Positions 29,791 through 42,879 of a DNA stretch of 64,000 nt are shown one piece after another. Source of the DNA: Eledone cirrhosa (lineage: Eukaryota); contig OZ024741.1 of assembly GCA_964016885.1 (NCBI GenBank), positions 293,074,001 to 293,138,000 of the forward strand, given 5' to 3'. Position numbers and translations under genes: made by a program. Within the stretch, counting starts at the first letter, position 1, and each line of letters starts with the position of its first letter. Under the pieces are notes generated by a model. It was not told where the DNA came from and did no database searches. It saw nothing but the letters and a program-made list of their open reading frames with translations.

Positions 29791-30550
29791 TGGTACCATA
29801 TAACCCAGTGCAACCTGCTTCATGCTCAAGTGGTACCATATAACCCAGTACAACCTGCTTCATGGTCAAGTGGTACCATATAACCCAGTATAACCTACTT
29901 CATGGTCAAGTGGAACCATATAACCAGTGCAACCTGCTTCATGGTCAAGTGGTACCATATAACCCAGTATAACCTACTTCATGGTCAAGTGGAACCATAT
30001 AACCAGTGCAACCTGCTTCATGGTCAAGTGGTACCATATAACCCAGTGCAACCTGCTTCATGGTCAAGTGGTACCATATAACCTAGTACAACCTGCTTCA
30101 TGGTCAAGTGGTACCATATAACCCAGTACAACCTGCTTCATGGTCAAGTGGTACCATATAACCCAGTATAACCTACTTCATGGTCAAGTGGAACCATATA
30201 ACCAATGCAACCTGCTTCATGGTCAAGTGGAACCATATAACACGGTGCAACCTGCTTCATGGTCAAGTGGTACCATATAACCCAGTACAACCTGCTTCAT
30301 GGTCAAGTGGAACCATATAACCCAGTATAACCTACTTCATGGCGAAGTGGAACCATATAACACAGTACAACCTGCTTCATGGTCAAGTGACACCATATAA
30401 CCCAGTGCAACCTGCTTCATGGTCAAGTGGAACCATATAACCCAGTGCAACCTGCTTCATGGTCAAGTGCAACCATATAACACAGTACAACCTGCTTCAT
30501 GGTCAAGTGGTACCATGTACTCCAGTGCAACATGCTTTATGGTCGAGTGG
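29791..30550. repeat. 40-bp minisatellite, about 19 copies
   Basis: unit TGGTACCATATAACCCAGTACAACCTGCTTCATGGTCAAG, contiguous with no spacers. Confidence 0.95.
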
Positions 30551-31019
30551 TTGGCAACTAAACCAGCTCCCCCACCAGAGGAGGAGAGTAAATGGAACCC
30601 CAGCAGCACAAAAACAAAAGCTGTTAAAGGGACAGATGAACTCTTCAGAGTCAACAGCTATTCACTCCAACTATGGGCTAAATAGCCTCACTGACATGCA
30701 ATTGGCCAAGTGAGATGGGTATGGCTACACACTTAATCTTACCAAAACCAAAAAGAAAGCATTGGAGGTCAACCAAGGATGAATTCTTCCAATAAGAGTG
30801 AGAAGGGATTGGATTGGATTGGTCATTATTCTATCCCTATGAAAAACCAGGATGGTAACCAAAATTGACTATTAATATAGAACTGATTAACAGAATGATA
30901 TTCCCCAAAGTCTTCTATATAATCGCATCTCAATAACTCCTAATTTATTAGTTAATACTTTCGTTAATGTCCATGTTTCAACTCCATATTATAGAGAGAA
31001 ACATACATCTAAATGTCTT

Positions 31020-31287
31020 AAGTCAGTCTCAAGTGCAGAGGCTATCAGGCTGGTGCTTATTCTGGTTTTTGTGGCGTTAAGTAACTGAGAGTACAAGACT
31101 CCGTTCTGGACAGGATGTCAGTCCATCACAGGGTTAAACTCCCAGCTATAGCTGGTACTAATCTTCAGCTAAGTATACTGAAGTAATGTGAAATGAAGTT
31201 TTGTGTTCATGAACACAACACACAACCCAGTCCAGAAATCGAACCCATGCTATTATGATCATAAGTCTAACTACTATGCCACATGCC
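31020..31287 (-). mobile_element. SINE family 2 copy
   Basis: reverse-complement homologue of 4374-4630. Confidence 0.7.
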
Positions 31288-31959
31288 TCAATGTACAAAA
31301 CACTTCAATAATCTCTTTTCTGATTTTGGTATGAAGATTTATTGTGTTAGTATGTTTGACATGTTTTCAAATAACTTTCAAGCAATCCTACTCCTTCTTC
31401 TGATTCCACATATCCTGTTTTCTGATTGTATATATCTCAGGTATATTATATTTAGAATATTTTTAATTGGTTTCTTCACAATTGTAATATGATGGATAGA
31501 ATACAAAATCAATGATGAAATAATAGAAATGACAAAAACTGAGGAATTTTTATTAGATACATTCAAAGAGAGAAAAATAGTATTTTGGGCATGAGAAAAA
31601 AATAGTTTACAAACTGTTAATAGAAAGCAAAGTAAATGGAAAGAGAAGAAGAAATCCAAGGATTATATTGGTGGATAATATTAAGAATTGGACAAGTTTA
31701 AAATACAGTCAGTAGTGGTAAGAAACTGTCATGACTGCTGAACAACAGAAAGTCTTCAGAGAAGAACCCCCACTCATCCTCAAGCAAGTATTTCGGTCCT
31801 TATCTTCAGTATATATAAGGACAAGTGAAGAAAGACTGAGCTGATATTCTATGGTATTGAACTTGCTGAGTGTGAATAGCTGTTGATGATGAGGATGATT
31901 AGTAACAATAGATGCACCAATATTAGTTTGTCACTCTAAAATAAAATATATCATGCAAC

Positions 31960-32172
31960 CCCACATCTGTAAGGCATTATTTCAGCAAAGGCGTTTTGAC
32001 ATTTGTCTTCAAAGTTAGGTAAATAAAACTCCACATCTGTAAGGCAGAAAATTATTTAAGCATAGGCTTTTTGACATTTATATTCAAAGTTGGCTTAATA
32101 AAACTCCACACCTGAAAGGCAGAATATTATTTCAGCAAAGGCTTTTTGATTTTTCTCTTCAAAGTTGGGTAG
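31960..32172. repeat. ~70-75-bp tandem repeat, 3 copies
   Basis: CCACATCTGTAAGGC...TTCAAAGTT recurs at ~31961, 32031 and 32106. Confidence 0.8.
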
Positions 32173-32311
32173 ATAATTTGAATAATTTGGAGATATAAAC
32201 AATGACATCTCTGAGTTGAACATCTAGCTATGGCTACCAGTGACACAACCACTCATGTAGCACTTACATACAGTTATTTTACTTTCATCATTTCAAGGAT
32301 CTCCAATGAAT

Positions 32312-32421
<110 letters not shown>

Positions 32422-32500
32422 ATTGCCAAAATGCCATGGATACATGAGAAATTTTAGAAAACCATATTTACTTACAACTATGGCATGCAATCCTTTCTAG

Positions 32501-32865
32501 GATGAAATTAGAGATAATATCCCCTTCCCCAGACACATTCAGTTTAGACAGAGCAGACACGATGGCAAGAATGTAAGAATATTTAGGATAAAATTGACAG
32601 AATTATTGAATGTTATCCTGCAATATAATATTTTAGGAAAGGCTAAGGCATATTGTTTTCTATTGAATTTCATGCTCATATTCATTCTGATTATCTTCAG
32701 AAAGAGAAGACAACGTTAAAGTCCGAGGCAACATGGCCGGAGTAGTGTACACTGGAATACCTGATCCATATACAGTGCAAACACTTTACAAAACCATTAA
32801 ACAGTACAATTCAGGGTCCCAGTGGCAATCTCAATCTTAATGCAGCGCACATGAAGAATAATAAA
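32501..32865 (+). CDS. candidate last two exons of an unidentified host gene (32501-32572, 32701-stop)
   Basis: CCTTTCTAG| exon |GTAAGA, 128-bp intron ending TTATCTTCAG, then stop and AATAAA at 32860; spliced frame reads [29 protein letters not shown]; no family recognised. Confidence 0.3.
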
Positions 32866-32939
32866 TGTCATAAAAATTTCTCTGGAGAATATAAGAAGCA
32901 TATTGAAGTAGATACTGATGGATATCAATGCCCTCTCCT

Positions 32940-33042
<103 letters not shown>

Positions 33043-33289
33043 ATGTATATGTAAGTATATATATATGTATGTATATACATATATATATATATATATATAT
33101 ACATATACATGCACACACACACATATACATATATATGTGTGTGTATGTATATGTATATATGTATATATATATATGTATATATACGTATGTATACGTATGT
33201 ATATATATATATATATATATGTATGTATAAATATGTATGTATATGTATATATATATATATATATATGTATTTATATTAATGAAAAAGAA

Positions 33290-35090
33290 CAAAGGAACTA
33301 TTATGACATTATAACAAGTTTATTGCCGACAGCCGTTTCGTTCGACCATATGGTGGGACTTTTCAAGGCATTTAACATGTGATTGTAAGTTCATTATTTA
33401 CATCAACGTTTCACTCAAGATTAGCAGTTTGAAATTGTGGTATACATCAGCAGCTCCGCTTGTATATTTAGGGTCTGTATTCTAAGGGGGCTCTTTTATA
33501 TTAGTTGTCGGAGTTGTAAAAGGGATGGGTTATGGGGAGTTAAGAGAATTTGAAAAGGGCCTAAGAGTCAGGGATTGAAGATTAAAAATTAGATAATTTA
33601 TAATTTACGCATTAAAAGTAAAAGACTTGGGACCTCGTAGAAGCACCTTAAACAATCCCTCAATAAGTGCATAAAGCTTATAAGCCCCAATAAACCTAAC
33701 AAACCAGAAGAGATTAAGAGACTAAAAAAATAAAAAAAATAAAAATATAAAGTTTCCTAAAAAAATCCTTCGAGAGAAAAAAAAGTTTTTTCGAAAGAAA
33801 AAAATTTTCTTCCCCAGAGATCACGTTAAAAAATTTCAGAAAATTTACGAAGTTTTGATAATCCTACTAAGTTGAAAGAAAGTAATCAATTAAAGGTTAA
33901 TTCAAAAAGCCTTCAAAAAATCCCTCAGAAAAGGCCCCTTTAATATTTTTAATAAGAACCTCTCCCGAGAGACCCTTCGAAGAATTAAAATTTTAGAGAG
34001 CCTTTAAGGATATATATAAACGAATTGAGGAAAATTATAAATTAAAAGTTAAAAATTACGGGATTTGGGATATCCGAGGAATTTTCAAAGGGCTGCTTCA
34101 ACAGATACAACTTAGGTATAATAGATAAAATAATTTAAGTAATTTAAGTAATTTAATTAGGGAGCAATTCAAAGAGCTTATCAAGTTGGGCAAGATTAAA
34201 GAAAATGATAAGTAAGAAAATGCATAAGCAAAAAGACAATAATTATAAAATGTATTTTTAAGAAGGTATAAGGTAGCTTCAGTAATCTAATAATATACTA
34301 TCAAAATATTATTATAAAATTATTAATACAGGATTAACAAAGACATAATAATATATTCCTGCCTAATTAACAAATAATCAATAAACAATTAATAGTCAAG
34401 CAAAATTAGCTCAGGGATAACCCGCGCTCGGATACTTTACACACATACAGCAACACATAGGATTAACAAAGACATAATGGTATATTCCTGCCTAATTAAA
34501 AAACAATCAATAAACAATTGATAGTCAAGAAAATGTACTCAGGGATATCCCACGCACGGATACTTTACACACATACAGCAAGATGAACAATACAGGTGAC
34601 CTTGTGGGTGCGATATCCATTGTGCGTATGTAGTCATCTGCATAGCTCCAGGCACAGTTGGTCTTGTTTAAAAGTTCAGAGTTCACGAATCAACTGGGAT
34701 TCACTATCAGCTGTGTGGACTCTCTGGGAAATGTACCTGTGGATCAAATAGCTAGTGGTTGCTGGGTGTGGTCCGTTCGATCTTTTAGTTTCGGGGGTTG
34801 CACACGTTTGCGATAGATCAGCCTGCCGGTTCTAAATCCAAGGTCTCGCTGCATAGGATGTATTGGTTTACATGCTATATTGGTAAAAAAACCAGTGTGG
34901 ATTTGACTGGGGGTGGTATATTGCGTCTCTCGCTAATATCACCTCCTCTCACGAACTCCAAGCACACACGCGACTGGTCAAATGCGAAGGGCTGTCCCCT
35001 CTTTTTGTTGTTGTAGGGGTCGGTTCCAGCTTAGATGGTGGTCGTGTTATCCATATTCCGTCAGACATGCATATTCAAGACAGATCAGGG
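33290..35090 (-). mobile_element. non-coding Penelope-like 3' region with terminal HHR
   Basis: 1.8-kb unique block bounded by (TA)n, with HHR plus AATAAA at its left end; internal 129-bp tandem duplication at 34331-34581. Confidence 0.55.
33324..33370 (-). ncRNA. hammerhead motif with U3-A8 core
   Basis: reverse complement TGCC-TTGAAAA-GTCC..ACCA ta TGGT..GAAC-GAAAC-GGCT-GTC-GGCA then ATAAA. Confidence 0.7.
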
Positions 35091-35274
35091 TATATATTTG
35101 CGGGTATTTATATATATATATATATATGTGTATGTGTGCAGGTATATATTTGCTTATATATTTATATATATATATATGTATGCATATATATATATATGTA
35201 TGCATATATATGTATATATATCTATATATACACATGTAAAAAAATATATGTATTTACATATATATATATATATA

Positions 35275-36115
35275 TAAACGGAAAAAATGAAACGAATTTC
35301 ATTTCCCACTCTTAGTACGGCTGTTACTTAAATATAAGTATGTACACGTACATACATATATGTATACAGACGTATAGTAGTATGTATATATATATACATA
35401 CATGCACACATATATATATGTACGTATGGATTCACCGAACATTTATTATAATGCTCGGTGTGTAATAAGCTTGAAACTAGTACAGTGTTCCTTTGTCGGT
35501 GTTGAACAAACGAGCAACGATGGTTGCTAGACACTACGGCTTAATACGGGATGTTTGTTTACAAACACACCGAGCATTATAATAAATGTTCGGTGAATCC
35601 ATACGTACATATATATATATATATGTGTGCATGTATGTATATATATATACATACTACTGTACGTCTGTATACATATATGTATGTACGTGTACATACTTAT
35701 ATTTAAGTAACAGCCGTACTAAGAGTGGGAAATGAAATTTCGTTTCATTTTTTCCGTTTATCGTTTTCGATGCACCCGGCCGATATGCAAATTGGGCTAC
35801 TCAGCCGTTAATATGCATAAGGTAGGTATATGCGTTCAACAATCTGGCAGGAAGGTATACGTTGCAGACGATAGCTAATAAGCTTGAAACTAGTACAGTG
35901 TTCCTTTGTCGGTGTTGAACAAACGAGCAACGATGGTTTGCTAGACACTACGGCTTAATACGGGATGTTTGTTTACAAACAGACCGAGCATTATAATAAA
36001 TGTTCGGTGAATCCATACGTACATATATATATGCGTGCATGTATGTGTATATATATATATACATACTACTGTACGTCTGTATACATATATGTATGTACGT
36101 GTACATACTTATATA
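35275..36115 (+). mobile_element. retrozyme-like element: 413-bp partial tandem unit with inverted 5' arm
   Basis: TAATAAGCTTGAAACTAG at 35463 and 35876; 35275-35463 is the reverse complement of 35565-35760; ATGCAAAT at 35785; HHR-like motif at 35834-35920. Confidence 0.75.
35834..35920 (+). ncRNA. hammerhead-like motif with CAGACGA core and long stem I
   Basis: GTTCAACA...TTG-CAGACGA-T-AGCT aata AGCT-T-GAAAC-TA-GTA-CAG...TGTTGAAC. Confidence 0.6.
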
Positions 36116-36131
36116 TATATATATATATATA

Positions 36132-37260
36132 TAGTAATAATAGTAATAATAATAAATTTGAAGACTAAAATCCAAAGAGGGCTCGATAAGGATAAATATA
36201 TATCAAATATATAAGAACCTTAGAGCAAATATTTATTAAAATAACAGATTAAAGTTTAAGCAAAGAATCGCTGCTTTCACTCTTAACGGGATCTTCTGAA
36301 ACTAACAAAGTCAATCTGTAAACGCAGAACTGGATATTTCAAAAAACGTTGCAACCGGAGGAAGACAGGAAGACGATACTTTGGTTCGTGGAAACGTTCG
36401 CTGGCGAAGAACGGGAAAAAACGAATATAATACGTCATTAATAGGAGCGGTGAAAAACAATTACGCGCAAAGACAGAACCACGTTTATGGTATAAAAGAG
36501 GTCGTAGACTAATGTTTTCTTAGGTGGTGCATAGAGACGTTCTCTGGCAATGAACGAAAAAACGAAGATAATACGTCATATGTGGAACGTGGAGAACAAT
36601 AGCACGCAAAGACAAAACCACGTAAATGGTATAGAAGAAGTCGTAGACTAAAATTCTAACTAGGAGACCAAGTGAATCTCCGCTACAGAATTAAGAACAA
36701 AGTAAATAAATACAATACAGAAGTAATAGAAATAAATAAATACATACACGCTAACAAATACGTACATACACAAGCATACGCAAAACCTTACCATAGGTAT
36801 ACAAAACCACGCACATATAAATATGTGTGCGTGTATGCGTCTATACAAATAAATAAATAATTATATAAACGTATATAAATAAATAAATACGTATATAACA
36901 AGCGCACACACATACCTACATATAAATACACGAATGTTTGGAGACGTAAGTCAACTAAAACAAGAAGTACACATATACACACACCCACCATACGTACGAA
37001 CCTACATAATCACACAGACGCAAAAACTACCGTATACACATAGCCAAACCCTATGTACCAGAATATATAAAATTATACGCCATAACAATCATATATACCT
37101 ACGAGAAGGTATACGTACCTTCACAAAAAAAGGGTAGTATATACTTACCTATGCAAATAAGTAAAGGAATAAACAAAACATATACTTAGCTCCCACATCA
37201 AGACGTAAAATATCCACGTATAGATCGTACTATCCGTTAGGGTATAACGTGGGGCTGTAT
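36132..37260 (-). mobile_element. non-coding Penelope-like 3' module with HHR, copy 2
   Basis: duplicate of 22106-22987 with HHR at 36253-36303; its 3' extension 36132-36235 recurs inverted at 59580-59676. Confidence 0.65.
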
Positions 37261-37267
37261 ATATATA

Positions 37268-37593
37268 TGGAGGCACATGGCTTAGTGGTTAGAGCATTGG
37301 CGTTGCAATCGAAAGGTTGTGAGTTCAATTCTCAGACCAGGTGATGTATTGTTTCCTTGAGCAAGACACTTTATTTCACATTGCTCCAGTTTACTCAGCT
37401 GTAGGGGTCCATATCATTCCACTGCAAAGTGGTCGTGGAGGTGACACGGGTAAAAAGCACACAGCACTCACTGTAAATGAGGTTGGCGTTGGGAAGGGCA
37501 TCCAGCTGTAGAAATCAAACCAGAGTCAGTTCCCGTCCTACCCTTGCAAGCAGGGAAAAAGCGGACGTAAAATGAAATGATGATGATGATGAT
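37268..37593 (+). mobile_element. SINE family 3 copy
   Basis: homologous to 19828-20181; (GAT)n tail running into (TA)n. Confidence 0.85.
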
Positions 37594-37614
37594 ACATATA
37601 TATATATATATTTG

Positions 37615-37698
<84 letters not shown>

Positions 37699-37708
37699 TG
37701 TAAATATA

Positions 37709-37745
<37 letters not shown>

Positions 37746-37818
37746 ATATATATATATATAAACATATATATATATATGTGTATGTATATATATACATATA
37801 TGTAAATATATATATATG

Positions 37819-37871
<53 letters not shown>

Positions 37872-37928
37872 GTGTATATATATATATATATATGTAAATA
37901 TATATATATGTATATATATATTTGTATG

Positions 37929-37959
<31 letters not shown>

Positions 37960-39014
37960 GTATGTATATATATGTATATATATATTTATAAATATGTATA
38001 TATAGTTATGTAATAAACAACATAAGGCAATTATTCCATTTACCAGTGGTTTCTTAAAAGCAAAACATTTTGCTTTCAATCATCAGAATGAAAAAATCCT
38101 GGTGTATTTATTGATATTGGATTCTAAAAACAAAAATGCAATCTATATGAAAGTGAGGCTGGAGAAGGAAGAAGGAAAGGAAAAATAAAATAAAAACACA
38201 CATGCAAACTCACACACACACGCACACAATTATATACATACACATATATATATATATATACACACACACATATACACATAAATATGTGTATATATATATA
38301 CATACACATACATATACACATACATACATACACACAGAAATATCAACATATCCATACATACACATACATATATACAACCACACACATATATATACACATA
38401 TATATATATATAAATATAAATATATATTTATATATATGCATACACATACACATATATAGCCATACACACATACAATTACATACATACATACATACATACA
38501 CACAATCATACGTATATACACACGTACATACATACACATACATACACACATATATACATGCATACATATGCATACACAATTAGAAATATATACACACACC
38601 TCTACATGTTCACTCACGCAAATAAATATAAGAAAAAATATATATAATAATAAAAGACAAAAAAGAAAATAATAAAGTTGACAGCGATACAGGCAACAAA
38701 TAAATGAAAACTCACGTGGTAAGCAATACACACAAATACACGTACACAAACATACGTAAAAATAAATACATACACACACTCTCACACATAAATATACATA
38801 TACAAATACATAAACACATACATACGCATACACAAATACATACACACACACACATACACATATACATATATACACACACAATTACATACGCATATATATA
38901 TATATACACACACATACATACATAGCCATACAATTATACACATACAAATACGTACATATCACAAACACGCACAACCAAATACAAACACACATATATATAT
39001 ATATATAATATATA

Positions 39015-42000
39015 AGAACAAAAGATGGTTAAAAGAGTTCCATGTATTTTATTATGCGCATTTCAAAAACAAATATCATCATATTTGTGTTTTCATCAGA
39101 TAAAACAGGAAGACATGATATGAAGGTTAAAAAACACCTGTGGATAGTGCAGTTTTAAATCAACATATGAGAAGTAGTTTTAGATTTATGTGTGATATTG
39201 GGAAAAATATTTTATTTTGAGGGGGGGGGGTGAAAAAGAGGAGGAGAGGAGAGTAAAAAGTGGAGAGGGAGGAGTATAATGAGGAAAGATGAGATAGGAG
39301 GAGAGATGGGTGATAGAGAGAGAGAGAGATATCTTTTATAACTGAGAAAGATATATTGTTTTACATAGAGAGGTTGAAAACCGTTGGAAGATAATGTATA
39401 AATTAAAAGAATTTGAAAATTAACGAAGAGAAAAATAATGTAAAGTTAAGGTTTGTATATTGAGGGGTTTAATAATATGTGCAATGAAAAGAAAATGTTA
39501 ATATGTATTAAGAATAATATTTAAGGGTTTAATAACATGTGCGATGGAAAGAAAAAGTTAATATGTATTAAGAATGATATTTAAGGGTTTAATAATATGT
39601 GCGATGGAAAGAAAATGTTGATATGTATTATTAAAAAGAACAACAGGTAATTTAAGTAAGGATATATTATGAGATGAGCATGAATGAGTTAGATGAAAGG
39701 GAGAAAAGAATAATGAATTGAGGATGAATAATCTAACGTCAAAAAAATGTTTATGTTTACGAAGGATTTTTACAAGGTGATATAGAGTAAGAATGTATTG
39801 TATTATGTAATAATTGATTCTATGTTAGGCAACAGTGAGAAAAGGTACAGATTAGGGGTTAGACATTAAAAGAAAAAGAGAAGAAGTGAAGTGATAAATA
39901 GGAGCGATATAGAACGAGTAACAAGTATTATAGAATGAGTGACAAGTATTATATAATGTATAATAAAACCTTTGAAATAAGGTAGAAAGATGGGTATATT
40001 TTTAAAGAAGTGTATATATATATATGTGCCTTTGAGAAAAAGATTCTAAATTGATAAAGATTTGGATATTAGCTGTATACTTTGTGGAATGTTTTGTGGA
40101 ATTTATGCAAGCAGATAGAAAACAAGTCAGTGCGTCTATTTATTATAGAATCTAAATTAGATATAATGGTAAATTTTTCATTTAGACAGAGATTGCAAAT
40201 CTTGGATAGAGAACTGTTCAAGTATGGAGACGCAGAAGAAACCTTCTTCCAAAAGATGCTATATTTAATATTTTTGTCTTTCAAGGACCATATGAGTTCT
40301 GAGAGAGCCGTGTTGGTTCTTTTAAGTTTGTATTTAAAAGACGAATGATGGTTATAAAGACGAGCTTTAAAAGAGGTGGAAGTGGGGCCAAAATAGGTGA
40401 AGGAATTGGTGTCAGTTATAACTTTACATTCGTAAATTAAGTTTTTATCAAGACAATGGTTGTTGAGAGGACATTTATTTTTAACAGGGCAATTGCAATT
40501 GCGATTAGAGAGATTATTAACGAGTGACCTAGTGTTATCTATAGAAGGAATTGGATTGGAGAAGTTATTTGCGATAGGAATAATAGTTTCTTGATTTAGA
40601 ATGGGATTAAGAACATTTAGCGAAGTTGTGTTTGACGTTGTATTTGGGTTTGCAGAAATTAGCCTAGGGTTTACAATGACGTCGGGAGTACTATTACTAT
40701 TATTATGATATTCAGTGTTGGGAGGAAGAGATTTAGTATTTAGTATTTTATTGTTGTGTTTAGAGATAATGTTGGAAATGTTGGGGGATGTAGAATAGGA
40801 AAATTGTATAGTGTGTTTGTTAAATATTTTACTATAGATATGAGAGGGAGGGAAGCATTTATTTAAGGCACTAAAGAATAATTTAGGAATATTATTATTA
40901 ATAGAGATGGAGAAAGGAGCATTATACCAGATTATGTTTTTGTATCTAGGTCTTTTATTAAAGTTATTGGAATGATGATGATTAATTATTCTACTGTAAG
41001 TTCTTCTAGAATTTGTTTCTTTACTATATTTGATTTTATCAGGATAGCCGGCTTTAGAAAGCGCGTTATTATAGTAATTGGCGTTAGCATCAAAGATGTT
41101 TTATTAGAAGATAGGTTAGATATTCTTTTTCCAATATTACTAACTATAGCATTCTTGATATTAGTAGGATGGTTAGATTTAAATTAACATAATTTAGGTT
41201 CTCATTGTTTTTATGGTAAGGGTAATGTAGGCCAGTGTCAAGATTAAGAGATACATCCAAGAAATTAGCTAGTTTGATGCTGTTATCAAATTCAATTTTT
41301 AGGTTATGTTGGTTAAAGAGATTACGTATATTGTTCTTAATAATATTAAGGTTAACTATGTTGCAATTTAAGATAGTAAAGAGTCCATCGTCACGATAAA
41401 TTCCACCGCGAAGTTGAGGAATTTTCCGACTCAAAGAGTTCAAAATAAAGATACCAATTAAATCTGTCAATTGGGATGAATCGGATGCTCCCATTGTGAT
41501 GTCGAAGTTGTTAGCGGCTCTGGTCCAATATTCGTTGTTGAACTCTAGGATGGTTTTACGTGCGGTGAGAATGGTGTGAAGTTCATCTGTGGTGATGTCA
41601 GAATATTTAAGTGCGAAAGATAGAGCATTATTGAGAAGTGAAGGCGAAATAGAAGAATAGTAGCTGGCAATATCAAATTGAACAAATTTTAGTTTGTTTT
41701 TATTATTCAATTTGTTGAACCAGCTAATCACTTCAGAAGTACCAAACCATAAATTTAAGTTCAAAGAAGAGCAATTAGAACGAACCTGTGGGATAATTCT
41801 ATCCAAGATGGCTTTACTAACAACCCCCAGATCTGATTTAGAGGGGGCGATTAATCTAACAGGTAGTTCAGTGCGAAAATTGTTTTTGTGATCCTTGAGA
41901 TTTATCCTCGGAGTTCTTGGGAGGAATGGTACGGTCTTTTTTTCAATGCCAAGTTTTGACATAATCTCAGAGGCTTCAAGGTTTATGTATTCTAAATTTT

Positions 42001-42295
42001 CATGGTTGGTTTTACGATATTTTTTCCTAAGTTCCTTTAGGATAAGGTTGTTATAATTATCCTTGGAAATATTATATAAGTTATTGGTTTTGTCAGAGTG
42101 GACTAAAACATTTTTTGAGGAATTTAGGTTTGAAATTGTGTTCTTGAGATTTACAAGGTGCTCTTGTCCTTTGTAAGGGTATCTCTTGAATTTAAGATTT
42201 TTTATAATTTTAGTTAACTCTTCCTCGAATTGCACTAGATTTTTGTTGGAAGGAGGTTTCTTCTAGAATTAAATTTGTACTACAATAAAACTCAC
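39015..42295 (-). mobile_element. Penelope-like retroelement (Naiad-like), 5'-truncated and frameshifted
   Basis: RT 41144-42235 (LKDHK..VRLIAPSKS, QFDIASYYSSI, ITMGASDS, GIYRDDGL, NFLDVSL); GIY-YIG region ~40069-40505 (CNCPVKNKCPLNNHC, LIYEC, YFGPTS..FKARLYNH, CNLCLNEK); ~1-kb 3'UTR ending in an HHR. Confidence 0.9.
39047..39105 (-). ncRNA. canonical minimal hammerhead ribozyme at the PLE 3' end
   Basis: reverse complement TTTTAT-CTGATGA-AAACACAAATAT gatg ATATTTGTTTTT-GAAAT-GCGC-ATA-ATAAAA; palindromic loop 3. Confidence 0.85.
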
Positions 42296-42304
42296 CTCCT
42301 ACAC

Positions 42305-42340
<36 letters not shown>

Positions 42341-42386
42341 AAAACTCATTCTTAGATAATTCATATGAACCTCATTTAACTCTAAA

Positions 42387-42465
<79 letters not shown>

Positions 42466-42657
42466 CACATACATACACATACATACTTACTAACATACAC
42501 ATATATACCTACACACACATATATACATATACATACGTATGCATACGTACACACACACACACACATACATATACATATATAACTCAATATATATATATAT
42601 AAATCAGGAAAGAAGATTGACACGGTTTGCTATACAAAAAAGGTTTTTAATCTCATA

Positions 42658-42763
42658 GCTGACAATTGTTTCTCTAAAATGGTAGGTCTAGAGATCGCTA
42701 TCCGCTTGTGTTCACGTTACTCGATCGCCAATACAAAATTATAACCAGTCAGTTCTTCGGAGC
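42658..42763 (-). ncRNA. HHR-like motif with CCGAAGA core and ~80-nt stem II insertion
   Basis: reverse complement GCT-CCGAAGA-[~80 nt]-GAAAC-AATT-GTC-AGC; same core and cleavage context as 25620. Confidence 0.4.
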
Positions 42764-42879
42764 ATGCGAGAATGAAGAGGATATACAGGCATGAAAGGAA
42801 TATACAGGCTACTATATGAAGTAGTAATGGCATTCAGTTAGAACAATAACAACAATATCAACTATGGACTGCATATAAC

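Noticed and set aside
29791-30550. CRISPR-like regular array
   Set aside because: Units are contiguous with no unique spacers; eukaryotic context and no cas genes
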